Shown: positions 37,015-47,250 of the stretch, piece after piece | Layout of the letters: each line of letters starts with the position of its first letter | Position numbering within the stretch: position 1 is the first letter of the stretch | Source: Dehalococcoidia bacterium | GTDB lineage: Bacteria > Chloroflexota > Dehalococcoidia > UBA2979 | Direction: 5' to 3' | DNA: 64,000 bases | NCBI GenBank assembly: GCA_019694855.1 | Contig: JAIBBD010000002.1 | Location: forward strand, 25,354-89,353 | Position numbers and translations under genes: made by a program | The notes under the pieces: model-generated | Databases searched by the model: none | Told to the model about the DNA's origin: nothing | The model's input: the letters and a program-made list of their open reading frames with translations, nothing else

Positions 37015-38265
37015 ATGCGCTCTGTCTTCCGCGACTCTTGGGTCAGCGTCACGATCGTCCTCGTCCTGGTCGGCCTCGCCGCGCAGTCCGTGCCACTGAT
37101 CGGCCTGGGCGTGCTCGTCTTCGGCACCGGCGGCATGGCGCGCCTCTGGGCGCGCGTATCCCTCGAGGACGTCCGCTACCGGCGCGTGCTCCGCGAACGG
37201 CGCGTCTTCATGGGCGAGACGATTGACCTCCGCCTGCGGCTCGCCAACGAGAAGCGGCTGCCCGTCCCCTGGCTCGAGGTCCGCGAGTACCTGCCCGAGG
37301 CCATGCCCGCCGGCGGAGTCCACGTCACACCCTCCGGCCTCCCCGGCACCGTGCTCATGCAGCGCTCGACGTCGCTCGGGGCGCACGAGCAGCTCGAATG
37401 GCCGCTCACGCTCGATGCCACCGAACGCGGCTTCTTCCGCCTCGGCCCCACGCGTCTGCGCTCCGGCGACCTCTTCGGCATCTTCGAGCGCGAAGAGACC
37501 ATCCGCGGCGGCGACAGTGTCGTCGTCTACCCGCGCACCTATTCGTTGCCCGAACTGGGCATCATCAGCGCCCGCCCCTTCGGCGAGCGCGCCGGTGGCC
37601 AGCGCATCTTCGAGGATCCTGTCCGTGTGGTCGGCGTGCGTGACTACTTCCCGGGCGACCCCCTCAAGCGAGTTGACTGGAACGCCACGGCACGTATCGG
37701 CCGCCTGCAGTCGAGGCTTTACGAGCCGTCACGCACCCGGGCCGTCGTCGTCGCGCTCAACATCAGCACCATGGACCAGTCGTGGCTCGGCTTCGACCCG
37801 CTCCTCCTCGAACGCAATGTCGTCGTTGCTGCCTCCATCGCGCGCTGGGCCTTCGAGGAGCACGCGGCCCTCGGGCTCATCGCCAATGGCTCGTTCCCCG
37901 ACGCCGACCGCGCGATCCGCATCGGCGCCGGCAGCCGCTCCGACCAGCTCGTCCGCGTCCTCGAGGCGCTCGCGATGATCGCCCCCTTCACGATTTCGCG
38001 CCTCGCGCTCGAGCTGGAGCGCCCCGGCCACGCCCTGCCCGCTGGCGCCACGTTGATCGTCGTCGCGTCGCTCATGCCGCCCGACCTCGCCGCGACCCTG
38101 CGCCGCCTCCGTGGTGAAGGCCACGTCGTCCACGTCGTGAAGACCTCCCCCGCCGAATGGGACGTCGACCTCGGTCCGATTCCCCACACGAACCTCGACC
38201 CCGTCATGCGTGCCCTCGAGGCCGATCCGGATGCGGCTTTCGCATCCTCCGGAGCCGCACGATGA
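37015..38265 (+). CDS. DUF58 (vWA-like) protein
   Basis: An N-terminal TM pair plus the DUF58 core (VRDYFPGDPLKRVDWNATAR). The frame is not in the ORF track as a separate gene and was found within the 36622..38265 ORF. Confidence 0.7.
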   Translation: MRSVFRDSWVSVTIVLVLVGLAAQSVPLIGLGVLVFGTGGMARLWARVSLEDVRYRRVLRERRVFMGETIDLRLRLANEKRLPVPWLEVREYLPEAMPAGGVHVTPSGLPGTVLMQRSTSLGAHEQLEWPLTLDATERGFFRLGPTRLRSGDLFGIFEREETIRGGDSVVVYPRTYSLPELGIISARPFGERAGGQRIFEDPVRVVGVRDYFPGDPLKRVDWNATARIGRLQSRLYEPSRTRAVVVALNISTMDQSWLGFDPLLLERNVVVAASIARWAFEEHAALGLIANGSFPDADRAIRIGAGSRSDQLVRVLEALAMIAPFTISRLALELERPGHALPAGATLIVVASLMPPDLAATLRRLRGEGHVVHVVKTSPAEWDVDLGPIPHTNLDPVMRALEADPDAAFASSGAAR

Positions 38266-39794
38266 CCGTCCGCCTCCGCGACGCGTCCGCCTACCTCTTC
38301 ATCCTCACCGAGGCCGTCGCCTGGTTCGCGGTCCTGCGCGCCATCGGCACCGCCGTCGTGCGGAACGCCTTCGACCGTCTCGCCGACCAGTTGCAGCCGA
38401 GCACCACGTTCCCAGGCGACGGTCGCGCCGTGGACGCCCTGGCGGTCGCGCGCCACGGTGCGGAGCACGCGGTCGGTGGTCCATCCCTCCTGCTGATCGT
38501 CGTTGCCGCGTTTGCGGCCTTCTACCTCGTGCGCGCCCTGGGCGAGAGCGGCTTCCCGCTGCCGCTGAGTGCGGCGGTTGGCCTGGCGGCGACCCTGATC
38601 GCGCTGCACGTGCTCGTGCACCTCGCCGTGCGGAACGACTTCCGAGTCTGGGAGCCGTCGGGTCTCGCGACTGCCCTCGACTCCTCCTTCAGCGGGGATG
38701 TCGATCCCGCGCGGTTCACCGCGGATCCCGACCCCGCTACCGTGCGTGAGGCAGCCACCCTCGTGGTCTCGGTGGTCGGCCTGACTGCGCTCTGGTTTCG
38801 CTTTCTCGTGGCCGGCCGCGGCGCGGTCACCTACGAACGCGCCCTCCGCTCGTTCAGCATCGGCTTCGCCTTCGTGATCCTCGCCGCCATCCTCGGCCAG
38901 GGCATCGGCTCCGAGGCGCCGGCGTTCGTCGCTCTGCTCTACTTCGTCCTCGGCGCGCTGTCCCTGGCGCTCGCGCACATGGCGCGCACTCGCACCGCCG
39001 CCGAATCCGTTGGCCGCGACGCTCCCCTCGCCCTGGCGGCCTTCGGGACCCTGGGCGTCATCGTCCTTGTGGGCCTCCTGTTCGGCCTGCTCGCCGCGCT
39101 CGATGTACAACGCGCCTTCGACCCGATCTTCAACCTGGTCCTCACCGCCATCGGCCGCGTCCTGTACTACCTGCTGCTGCCCATCTTCTGGTTCGTGGAC
39201 TGGGTCCTCTCGCACGTGCTCGGCAACAGCGGCCTCGAGTTCCCCGAGCAGTTTCGCCGGTTCGGCGAGCAGACCATCCAGCGAGATAAGGACACCGACG
39301 GCAAGCTGCTGCCGGGCTGGATTCTCCAGTCCGTCCGCGTCCTCGCGGTGGCCGCCTTCGTCTGGATCCTCTATCGCTTCAGCCGTCTGCTCTTCCATCT
39401 CACCCGCCGCCGCGACCTCGATTCCGCCGTCGATGAGACGCGCTCCACAGCCGCCCCGGGCGGCGGCATCAGCGGCTTGGTCCGTAGCCTCTTCGGTGGA
39501 CGCGCCCAGACGGCCTGGTCGGGCGACTGGCTGCGACGCCAGCCCGTCTACCGCCTCTACGCGAGGCTCGTCGAGGACGCTCATCAGCGTGGGGTCGATC
39601 GAGGCCCCGGCGACACCCCGATCGAGTTCGCCCGTCGCGCCGGCGCTCACCTCGAGGCGCCGCCCTTTGAGTCGATCGGCCTCGCTTTCGACGAGGCGCG
39701 GTACGGCCGGCACGTTCCACCTCCCGAGGCCGTCCAGTCGCTCGAGCGTCGCCTCGCAGACTGGGAACAGCAGCACCCGGCCCCCCATCCCTGA
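38262..39794 (+). CDS. Polytopic membrane protein with C-terminal DUF4129 domain
   Basis: ATGA coupling to DUF58. It has more than 8 TM helices. The C-terminal RRQPVYRLYARLVEDAHQRGVDRGPGDTPIEFARR...FDEARYGRH pattern matches DUF4129. Confidence 0.65.
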   Translation: MTVRLRDASAYLFILTEAVAWFAVLRAIGTAVVRNAFDRLADQLQPSTTFPGDGRAVDALAVARHGAEHAVGGPSLLLIVVAAFAAFYLVRALGESGFPLPLSAAVGLAATLIALHVLVHLAVRNDFRVWEPSGLATALDSSFSGDVDPARFTADPDPATVREAATLVVSVVGLTALWFRFLVAGRGAVTYERALRSFSIGFAFVILAAILGQGIGSEAPAFVALLYFVLGALSLALAHMARTRTAAESVGRDAPLALAAFGTLGVIVLVGLLFGLLAALDVQRAFDPIFNLVLTAIGRVLYYLLLPIFWFVDWVLSHVLGNSGLEFPEQFRRFGEQTIQRDKDTDGKLLPGWILQSVRVLAVAAFVWILYRFSRLLFHLTRRRDLDSAVDETRSTAAPGGGISGLVRSLFGGRAQTAWSGDWLRRQPVYRLYARLVEDAHQRGVDRGPGDTPIEFARRAGAHLEAPPFESIGLAFDEARYGRHVPPPEAVQSLERRLADWEQQHPAPHP

Positions 39795-39850
39795 GGCGGG
39801 TTACGTGGCGGTTGCTATAGTGAAGGCGAACGATCAGTAAGGGGCCGCCC

Positions 39851-40711
39851 GTGCACACTGCCGTTGGCGTCTTCGACTCTGGCGTGGGCGGGCTCACCGT
39901 CGTCGCCGCGCTCCGCCGCCTCAACCCAGAGCTCCCCATCCGCTACATCGCCGACGGCGCCTGGTTCCCCTATGGCGAGCGTTCTCCCGAGGAGATCGAG
40001 GAGCGGTCGCTCCTCCTCGCCGATGCGCTCATCGCCGAGGGTTGCGCGCCCATCGTCGTCGCCTGCAACACCGCCTCCTCGTCCGCGCTCGATCGTCTGC
40101 GCGAGCGCTTCGAGGTCCCGATCGTCGGCATGGAGCCTCCCCTGAAGCCCGCTGTCGAGCGCACGAGGACGGGCAAGGTCGCTGTGCTCGCGACTCCTTC
40201 GACCGCCCGCGGCGAACGCCTCGCCCGCCTGCAGGACGCCTACGGCGGCGGCGTCGAGGTCACCACCGTCCCAATGCCGGGCCTCGCTGACCTGGTGGAA
40301 TCCGGCCACGTCGCGGGCGAACGCGTCGAGCAGTTGCTCCACCGCACCCTCGGACCGCTTGCCGATTCCGGCATCGACGAGGTCGCCCTCGGCTGCACGC
40401 ATTACGGCTTCCTGCGCGCGACCTTCGACTCGATGCTCGACGAACTGCTCGGCACCGATGTCGACGTGATCGACCCCGCCGAGCCCGTCGCCCGCCGCGC
40501 CCTCCAGCAGGTCGAGGCTCACGGCATCGCCGTACCCCCTGTCGAACGAGGCGCTCCGGTGATCGCCGCGACGACCGGAGATCCGGCCCGCTTCGCCGAA
40601 GCCGTCGCGCGCCTTCGCGCCGATGGTGCCGACCTCCCAGTCCTCGATATCCTGCCTCTGCCGCTCGCGCTGCCCGCGCCCGCGGGGCTCCCGGGAGAAC
40701 GCGGCCGGTGA
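39851..40711 (+). CDS. murI: Glutamate racemase
   Basis: VGVFDSGVGGLTV and VVACNTASS are MurI active-site motifs. Confidence 0.85.
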   Translation: MHTAVGVFDSGVGGLTVVAALRRLNPELPIRYIADGAWFPYGERSPEEIEERSLLLADALIAEGCAPIVVACNTASSSALDRLRERFEVPIVGMEPPLKPAVERTRTGKVAVLATPSTARGERLARLQDAYGGGVEVTTVPMPGLADLVESGHVAGERVEQLLHRTLGPLADSGIDEVALGCTHYGFLRATFDSMLDELLGTDVDVIDPAEPVARRALQQVEAHGIAVPPVERGAPVIAATTGDPARFAEAVARLRADGADLPVLDILPLPLALPAPAGLPGERGR

Positions 40712-41631
40712 CCGCTGCCACCTTCCGCGCGAAGTACGAGGCGGCCGCTCGCGCGAACGAGTCGCTGCTGTGCGTGGGCCTCGACCCCGACCCGGCCCTG
40801 ATGCCCCCCGGCATCACGACTCTCGAATTCCTGCGCGGCATCATCGAGGCGACCGCGGACCTCGTCTGCTGCTACAAGCCCAATGCCGCCTTCTTCGAGC
40901 GCGAGGGCCTGCCGGGCTGGGAGTCGCTCCAACAGGTCATCGAGGCGATTCCGGACGAGATTCCAGTCATCCTCGATGCCAAGCGCGGCGATGTCGGCCA
41001 CACGTCCGAGGCCTATGCTCGCGCCGTCTTCGACGCCCTCGGCGCCGACGCCGTGACCGCCAACCCCTACCTCGGCGGCGATGGCCTCGAACCCTTCCTG
41101 GCTCACGAGGATCGCCACACCTTCGTGCTTTGTCGCACCTCGAACGCCGGAGCCCGCGACCTCCAGGACTTGCTGGTTACGGCTCTCCCCTCCGAGGGTG
41201 CGCGGTCAACTCCGAATCTCCCTCCGAGCCGGGGCGAATCCGCGGTTCCCGCCTCCGCCCCCTCGCAGGGGGAGGGCGGGGGTGGCGGTGATTCCGACAC
41301 CCCCCGTCCGCTCTACGAACACGTTGCGATGCTCGCCAACAGCTGGAACACGCGCGGCAACGTCGGCCTCGTCGTCGGCGCCACATATCCCGCCGAGGCG
41401 GCTCGCATTCGCGCGCTCTGCCCCGAGCTGCTGTTCCTGCTTCCCGGCATTGGCGCCCAGCAGGGCGACGTCGACGCCGCAGTTCGCGCCAGCCTTGATG
41501 CTCGCGGCGGCGGCATCCTGATCAACTCCTCCCGAGGCATCCTTTACGCCGGCCGTGACGCCGGCTTCGCGGCCGCCGCTCGCACTGAAGCCACCCGCCT
41601 GCGCGACGCTATCAACGCCGCGCGGCCCTGA
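40708..41631 (+). CDS. pyrF: Orotidine 5'-phosphate decarboxylase (type 2)
   Basis: LCVGLDP and ILDAKRGDVGHTSEAYA are type-2 OMPdecase motifs. It contains a Gly/Ser-rich insertion. GTGA overlap with murI. Confidence 0.8.
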   Translation: MTAATFRAKYEAAARANESLLCVGLDPDPALMPPGITTLEFLRGIIEATADLVCCYKPNAAFFEREGLPGWESLQQVIEAIPDEIPVILDAKRGDVGHTSEAYARAVFDALGADAVTANPYLGGDGLEPFLAHEDRHTFVLCRTSNAGARDLQDLLVTALPSEGARSTPNLPPSRGESAVPASAPSQGEGGGGGDSDTPRPLYEHVAMLANSWNTRGNVGLVVGATYPAEAARIRALCPELLFLLPGIGAQQGDVDAAVRASLDARGGGILINSSRGILYAGRDAGFAAAARTEATRLRDAINAARP

Positions 41632-41657
41632 CTCCGCGCTGCGAGTAAGATCGAGGC

Positions 41658-41921
41658 ATGGTCCTCGATCTCCGCGTCGGCGATGTCCTGCGCCTCCGCC
41701 GGAAGCACCCCTGCGGCGGATTCGATTGGGACGTCGTGCGCGTCGGGGCCGACGTCGGCATGCGCTGCCGCGAATGTGGCCGACGAGTGCTCCTCGACCG
41801 CCCCACGCTTCATCGCCGGCTGAAGTCGGTCCTCGAGCGAGGCGTCCCCATCGACCCCGCGATCGAGCGCGCGCTCTTCGGCGATCTCGCCGCCCCCGAG
41901 CGGGTCGAGGAGGGCTCGTGA
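41658..41921 (+). CDS. DUF951 family protein
   Basis: The LRVGDVLRLRRKHPCGG..W.VVRVGADVGMRCRECGRRV pattern is the DUF951 signature. Confidence 0.65.
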   Translation: MVLDLRVGDVLRLRRKHPCGGFDWDVVRVGADVGMRCRECGRRVLLDRPTLHRRLKSVLERGVPIDPAIERALFGDLAAPERVEEGS

Positions 41922-42012
41922 GCGCAACGCCGCCGCTCGTCGCCGTTTCGTTGACTGCCTTCGAGGCCCGCTCCTACACTCGGATCGTGCGGCACTGCAA
42001 GGCGCAAGTCTC

Positions 42013-42531
42013 GTGATCGAACTCACCATCGAGAGCATTCGCGTCAGCCTGCGCAACTATCAGCGGGTCGTCATCCTTCGCGAGAAGGACGCGGACCGCT
42101 ACCTGCCGATCTGGATCGGGCCCGCCGAGGCGGACGCCATCGCCGTCCGGCTCCAGGATGTCGCGGTCGCCCGCCCCCTCACCCACGACCTGCTGACGAG
42201 CATGATCGAGAACCTCGGCGGCGTGGTGCGTGCTGTCGTCGTCAACGATCTCGCCAACGACACCTTCTTCGCTCGCATCCACGTCGAGCAGGCCGGCCAG
42301 ATCATCGAGGTCGACTCGCGCCCCTCGGACGCGATCGCGCTGGCGGTCCGCACCGGCGTACCGATCTACGCCGACGAGTCCGTGCTCGACCGCGCTGGCG
42401 TCCTCCTCAACGCCGAGGGCGAACCCCTCGAGGCGGCCGAGGGCGCGGGCGGCATCACGCCAGAGGAGCGCGCCAAGCTCTCAGCCTTCAGCGAATTCAT
42501 CGCCGAACTCGATCTCGACGACTTCGACTAA
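42013..42531 (+). CDS. Bifunctional nuclease (BFN/DUF151) family protein
   Basis: The PIWIG..EA.AI and VVVNDL...FFARI...DSRPSDAIALA motifs of PF02577 are present. Confidence 0.6.
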   Translation: MIELTIESIRVSLRNYQRVVILREKDADRYLPIWIGPAEADAIAVRLQDVAVARPLTHDLLTSMIENLGGVVRAVVVNDLANDTFFARIHVEQAGQIIEVDSRPSDAIALAVRTGVPIYADESVLDRAGVLLNAEGEPLEAAEGAGGITPEERAKLSAFSEFIAELDLDDFD

Positions 42532-42599
42532 CGGGAGTAGTAACCCGGCGATCGCTAATTAGTGCAGTGGGTCACAAGTGTTGATCCACCGATCCGCCC

Positions 42600-42878
42600 A
42601 TGCTAGAGTCCCCCCGGTTCCAATCCGCAGGGAGATGGACCATCTGGAACTCACCGGCGTTCGGGCTGACCGGCATCGGCTTCTACCTGGCGACATGCAT
42701 CGTCGGGCTGACGCTCGTAGGCCATCTGCTCGATAACCGGTTTGACACGCAGCCGGTACTCACGCTCGTGTTCCTGGTGCTCGGTCTGCTGGCTGGCTTC
42801 TACGGAGCCTACCAGCAACTCAAAGAGCTACTGGCGCACATCGAGCGGCAACGAGGCTCGAAAGGCCGTCGAGGATGA
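42600..42878 (+). CDS. atpI: AtpZ/AtpI-like small membrane protein preceding the F-ATPase operon
   Basis: Two TM helices and ATGA coupling to atpB. ATG 42600 has no SD; an alternative in-frame ATC at 42642 follows AGGGAG. Confidence 0.5.
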   Translation: MLESPRFQSAGRWTIWNSPAFGLTGIGFYLATCIVGLTLVGHLLDNRFDTQPVLTLVFLVLGLLAGFYGAYQQLKELLAHIERQRGSKGRRG

Positions 42879-43963
42879 AGCTGGTCATCGCCATCGTCGT
42901 CATCGCCCTGATGGCCGTTGGCTTCCTCTTCGTCAAAGGTCCCTCCCCGGCGATCGTCGTCGCCCCTGAGCACATCTTTAACCTCGGCCCCATCGAGGTG
43001 ACGAACACGATGTTCACCTCGTGGTGGGTGGTCGGCATCCTCTGCCTGATCGCCGTCTTCGCCGGGCCGCGTATGTCCGTCGTGCCGTCTGGCTTCAGCG
43101 GCGTGGTCGAGGGTGCGCTGAGTGCCTTTTACGGCATCGTCGTCCAGGTCGCCGGCGAACAGAACGCCCGCCGCTTCTTCTGGGTCGTCTCGACCATCTT
43201 CTTCTACGTGCTGATGTCCAACTACTTCGGCCTCCTGCCGATGAACAACGTCATCGGCAAGCCCGAGGCCGGACACGGCGAGAAGCAGGTCATCTTCCAG
43301 ACCACGTCGATCGCCGGTCTCGACCTCGCCTACATCAAGGTCAACCCGGACGAGTGTGAAGTCGGCGACCCGGAGGGTTGCCCCACGGCGGCCGAGCACA
43401 GCGCCGCCCTCGGTGCGCGGTCCTCCGCCAGCGTTTCGGCTCAGCCCGGCGGCGCCCCGGCTGTCACCGCCGCCTCCGAGGAGGCGGGCGCGAAGGAAGG
43501 CGAGTTCTCGGGCCTCCTGAGCCCGTGGTTCCGCTCCGTCAACACTGACGTGAACGCCCCGCTCGCCATCGCGATCTTCTCGTTCATCTTCGTCGAGTTC
43601 TGGGGCCTCTCTGCCCTCGGCTTCGGCTACCTGAAGAAGTTCTTCAACTTCGGACGCCTGCTCCACGGCAACCCCATGGGCGTCATCGATGTCTTCGTCG
43701 GAGTGCTCGAGCTCGTCTCGGAGCTCTCGCGCATGGTTTCGTTCACCTTCCGTCTCTTCGGCAACGTCTTCGCCGGAGAGGTCCTGCTTGCGATGATGAC
43801 GTTCCTCGTGCCGTTCGTGCTCGTGAACGTCTTCTATGGCCTGGAGCTCTTCGTGGGCCTCATCCAGGCATTCGTCTTCGCGATGCTCACGCTCGTGTTC
43901 GCCCAGACGGCTGTCACCTCACACGACAGCCACGAGGGCGAGCACGGTGAGGCACATCACTGA
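42875..43963 (+). CDS. atpB: F0F1 ATP synthase subunit a, with an approximately 100-aa insertion
   Basis: The conserved essential-Arg region (MVSFTFRLFGNVFAGEVLL) and C-terminal helices are present. An extra hydrophilic segment, NVIGKPEAGH...GEFSGLL, lies between helices. Confidence 0.85.
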   Translation: MKLVIAIVVIALMAVGFLFVKGPSPAIVVAPEHIFNLGPIEVTNTMFTSWWVVGILCLIAVFAGPRMSVVPSGFSGVVEGALSAFYGIVVQVAGEQNARRFFWVVSTIFFYVLMSNYFGLLPMNNVIGKPEAGHGEKQVIFQTTSIAGLDLAYIKVNPDECEVGDPEGCPTAAEHSAALGARSSASVSAQPGGAPAVTAASEEAGAKEGEFSGLLSPWFRSVNTDVNAPLAIAIFSFIFVEFWGLSALGFGYLKKFFNFGRLLHGNPMGVIDVFVGVLELVSELSRMVSFTFRLFGNVFAGEVLLAMMTFLVPFVLVNVFYGLELFVGLIQAFVFAMLTLVFAQTAVTSHDSHEGEHGEAHH

Positions 43964-43986
43964 TCGCCTGTTCAAAGAGGAGATAG

Positions 43987-44385
<399 letters not shown>

Positions 44386-44465
44386 ACCGACTCCGCTCCC
44401 GCGGGCGCACCCTCGAGGCACGCCCGCGGGAGTCTGGGATACGCGAACATCGGGGAGCGTACGCA

Positions 44466-45080
44466 ATGGCCCTCAAGAGCCTTGTACGACGGACCGGGAA
44501 GCGGCGCTTCGGCGCGCTGCTCGCCGGCGCCAGCCTGGCGCTGACGCCAGCGTTCGCCGCGGCCGCTGAATCGAGTGGTGGCATCGCCGCCCTCGGCATC
44601 AGCCTGCCCGGTCTCATCCAGAACCTCGTGAACTTCACGATCCTGCTCGTCGTCCTGAGGCTCTTCCTCTACAAGCCGCTCTTCCGCGTGCTGGACGAGC
44701 GCAAGCGCAAGATCCAGGAAGGCATCGACCGCGCCTCCGCGGCGGCGAACACCGCCGCCGAAAGTGAGGCCGAGGCTCGGCGCATCCTGGACCAGGCACG
44801 TGCGGAGGGTCAGGAGTCCGTGCGGCGGGCGCAGGAGTCCGCGGCTCGCCTCCGCGAGGAGCTCGAGGCACGCGCGCGGCAGGACGCCGATCAGATCGTC
44901 GCCCGCGCCCGCGAAGAGGTCGCCCTCGAACGCGACCAGGCCATCGAGCAGCTGCGCCGTGAGTTCGCTGACCTCACGATCGTCGCCGCCGAGCGCGTCA
45001 TCAACCAGTCCCTCGACCGCCAGGCTCACCAGCGACTCATCGACGAGGTGCTGGTCAACAGCCAGGCCGGAAGGAACTAG
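44466..45080 (+). CDS. atpF: F0F1 ATP synthase subunit b (with N-terminal leader-like extension)
   Basis: A single TM helix followed by a long charged coiled coil. It is preceded by about 40 aa with a signal-peptide-like AXA region. Confidence 0.8.
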   Translation: MALKSLVRRTGKRRFGALLAGASLALTPAFAAAAESSGGIAALGISLPGLIQNLVNFTILLVVLRLFLYKPLFRVLDERKRKIQEGIDRASAAANTAAESEAEARRILDQARAEGQESVRRAQESAARLREELEARARQDADQIVARAREEVALERDQAIEQLRREFADLTIVAAERVINQSLDRQAHQRLIDEVLVNSQAGRN

Positions 45081-45086
45081 CTCGAC

Positions 45087-45635
45087 ATGGCAGGCCTCGC
45101 CCGCGATATCGCCGGACGGCGCTACGCGCTCGCGCTCAGCGCGATCGCTGCGGAGCAGAATTCCTTCGCCCGCTGGGCAGAGGTCGTCGACGCGCTCGAC
45201 GCGCTCACGTCCGAGCCGCGGTTCGTCAACGCGCTGCAGTCGGACGGGATGACCGACGAGAAGCTGCAGGCCATTGTCCGGCAGGTCCTGCCCGACATCG
45301 CGCCCGTCGAGATGAACCTGTTCCGCCTGCTGCGGCGCAAGAACCGCCTGGCGCTCGGCCCGTCCATCGCGTCGTACTTCCACGAGATGTGGGACGAGGA
45401 ACGCGGGGTGGAGCGGGCCGTGGTGCGGACCGCCGTCGAGCTCGACGGTGAGACTCGTGACCGGATGCGCCAGCAGCTCTCGCAGCAGACCGGCAAGACC
45501 ATCGAATTGGAAACCGAAGTCGACCCTTCGCTCATCGGCGGTGCTGTCATTCGCATCGGCGACCGCCTCATCGACGGGTCGACGCGCACACGACTGCGCC
45601 AGCTGCGCGGACGCCTGCAACAGGGCGCGCTGTAG
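45087..45635 (+). CDS. atpH: F0F1 ATP synthase subunit delta
   Basis: OSCP-family pattern (RYALALS...IGGAVIRIGDRLIDGS). Confidence 0.85.
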   Translation: MAGLARDIAGRRYALALSAIAAEQNSFARWAEVVDALDALTSEPRFVNALQSDGMTDEKLQAIVRQVLPDIAPVEMNLFRLLRRKNRLALGPSIASYFHEMWDEERGVERAVVRTAVELDGETRDRMRQQLSQQTGKTIELETEVDPSLIGGAVIRIGDRLIDGSTRTRLRQLRGRLQQGAL

Positions 45636-45695
45636 CAAGGCCAGGCAGACAGAGCGTCCGCTGCGGGCAGCGGCGGACGCAGGGAGGGGTGCCAG

Positions 45696-47207
45696 ATGCC
45701 CGTACGCGTCGAAGAGATCGCGTCGATCCTCAAGCAGCAGATCGAGCAGTTCGACTCCGGCGTCGAGGCTGCGAACGTCGGCACGGTCATCGAGGCCAGT
45801 GACGGCATCGCCCGCATCCACGGTCTCGGCCAGTGCCTGACCTCCGAGCTCATCGAGTTCGCCAACGGCACTCGCGGCCTCGCGCTCAACCTCGAGGAAG
45901 AGACCGTCGGCGCCATCATCCTGGGCAACTACACGGCCATCCGCGAAGGTGACGAGGTCAAGACGACCGGCCTGGTCGCCTCCGTCCCCGTCGGCGAGGC
46001 CCTGATCGGCCGCGTCGTCAACGCGCTGGGTGACCCCATCGACGAGCGCGGCCCGGTCAACACCACGGAGCGCCGCCCCGTCGAACGCATCGCCCCCGAC
46101 GTCGTCTCCCGTGTCTCCGTGAACCAGCCCGTCCAGACGGGCATCAAGGCCGTCGACTCGATGGTCCCGATCGGCCGAGGTCAGCGCGAGCTCATCATCG
46201 GCGACCGCTCCACCGGCAAGACCGCCATTGCCCTCGACGCCATCATCAACCAGCGGGGCGGCGACCTCGTCTGCGTCTACGTCGCAATCGGCCAGAAGGA
46301 AGCGAAGGTCGCCCAGATCGTCGCCACCCTCGAGCAGCAGGGTGCGATGGGCCACACCATCGTCGTCTCCGCCGGCGCCTCCGAGTCGTCCGCCCTTCAG
46401 TACCTCGCCCCCTACTCCGGCTGCGCCATGGCCGAGTACTTCATGGAGCGTGGTCGCGACGTCCTCATCATCTACGACGACCTGACGAAGCACGCCTGGG
46501 CGTACCGCCAGATTTCGCTCCTCCTCCGCCGCCCCCCCGGCCGCGAGGCGTATCCCGGCGACGTTTTCTACCTCCACTCCCGCCTCCTCGAGCGCTCCGC
46601 TCGCGTGGACGCGGCCCACGGCGGCGGTTCCATCACCGCGCTCCCGATCATCGAGACGCAGGCTGGCGACGTGTCGGCGTACATCCCGACGAACGTCATC
46701 TCGATCACGGACGGTCAGATCTTCCTGGAGACCGACCTCTTCAACGCCGGTCAGCGGCCCGCCATCAACCCCGGCATCTCGGTCTCGCGCGTGGGCGGTT
46801 CCGCCCAGACCCGCGCCATGCGGTCGGTCGCCGGTACCCTCCGCCTCGACCTCTCCCAGTACCGCGAGCTGCAGGCCTTCGCCCAGTTCGGTACGGAAGA
46901 CCTCGACGCGGCGACCCGCCAGCAGCTCCTCCGAGGTGAGCGCCTGACCCGCCTCCTCGTGCAGCCGCAGTACCAGCCGCTCAGCCTGGCGCAGCAGGTC
47001 ACCATCCTCTACGCCGGCGTCCGCGGCTTCCTGGACGACGTCCCCGTCGAGAAGGTCGCCGACTTCGAGCGCGCCTTCCACGAGTACATGCGCGCCAACG
47101 CCGCTCCCGTCATCGACGCCATCACGTCGACCGGCCTCCTCGAGCAGGCCACCGAGGAGCAGCTGCGCACCGCCATCACCGACTTCAAGGCCTCGGTCGC
47201 CTACTAG
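45696..47207 (+). CDS. atpA: F0F1 ATP synthase subunit alpha
   Basis: P-loop GDRSTGKT and full-length alpha homology. Confidence 0.95.
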   Translation: MPVRVEEIASILKQQIEQFDSGVEAANVGTVIEASDGIARIHGLGQCLTSELIEFANGTRGLALNLEEETVGAIILGNYTAIREGDEVKTTGLVASVPVGEALIGRVVNALGDPIDERGPVNTTERRPVERIAPDVVSRVSVNQPVQTGIKAVDSMVPIGRGQRELIIGDRSTGKTAIALDAIINQRGGDLVCVYVAIGQKEAKVAQIVATLEQQGAMGHTIVVSAGASESSALQYLAPYSGCAMAEYFMERGRDVLIIYDDLTKHAWAYRQISLLLRRPPGREAYPGDVFYLHSRLLERSARVDAAHGGGSITALPIIETQAGDVSAYIPTNVISITDGQIFLETDLFNAGQRPAINPGISVSRVGGSAQTRAMRSVAGTLRLDLSQYRELQAFAQFGTEDLDAATRQQLLRGERLTRLLVQPQYQPLSLAQQVTILYAGVRGFLDDVPVEKVADFERAFHEYMRANAAPVIDAITSTGLLEQATEEQLRTAITDFKASVAY

Positions 47208-47250
47208 CCGCCGAGGGACGAGGACGCAGAAAGCGTAGAGCGAGGACAAC

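Noticed and set aside
37719-39788. 689-aa minus-strand ORF
   Set aside because: It is antisense to the DUF58 and DUF4129 genes.
42570-42590. GGTCACAAGTGTTGATCC imperfect palindrome upstream of the atp operon as a second Rex box
   Set aside because: The half-site orientation is inverted relative to the Rex consensus and only 4 of 6 positions match per arm. It is noted only as a weak candidate.
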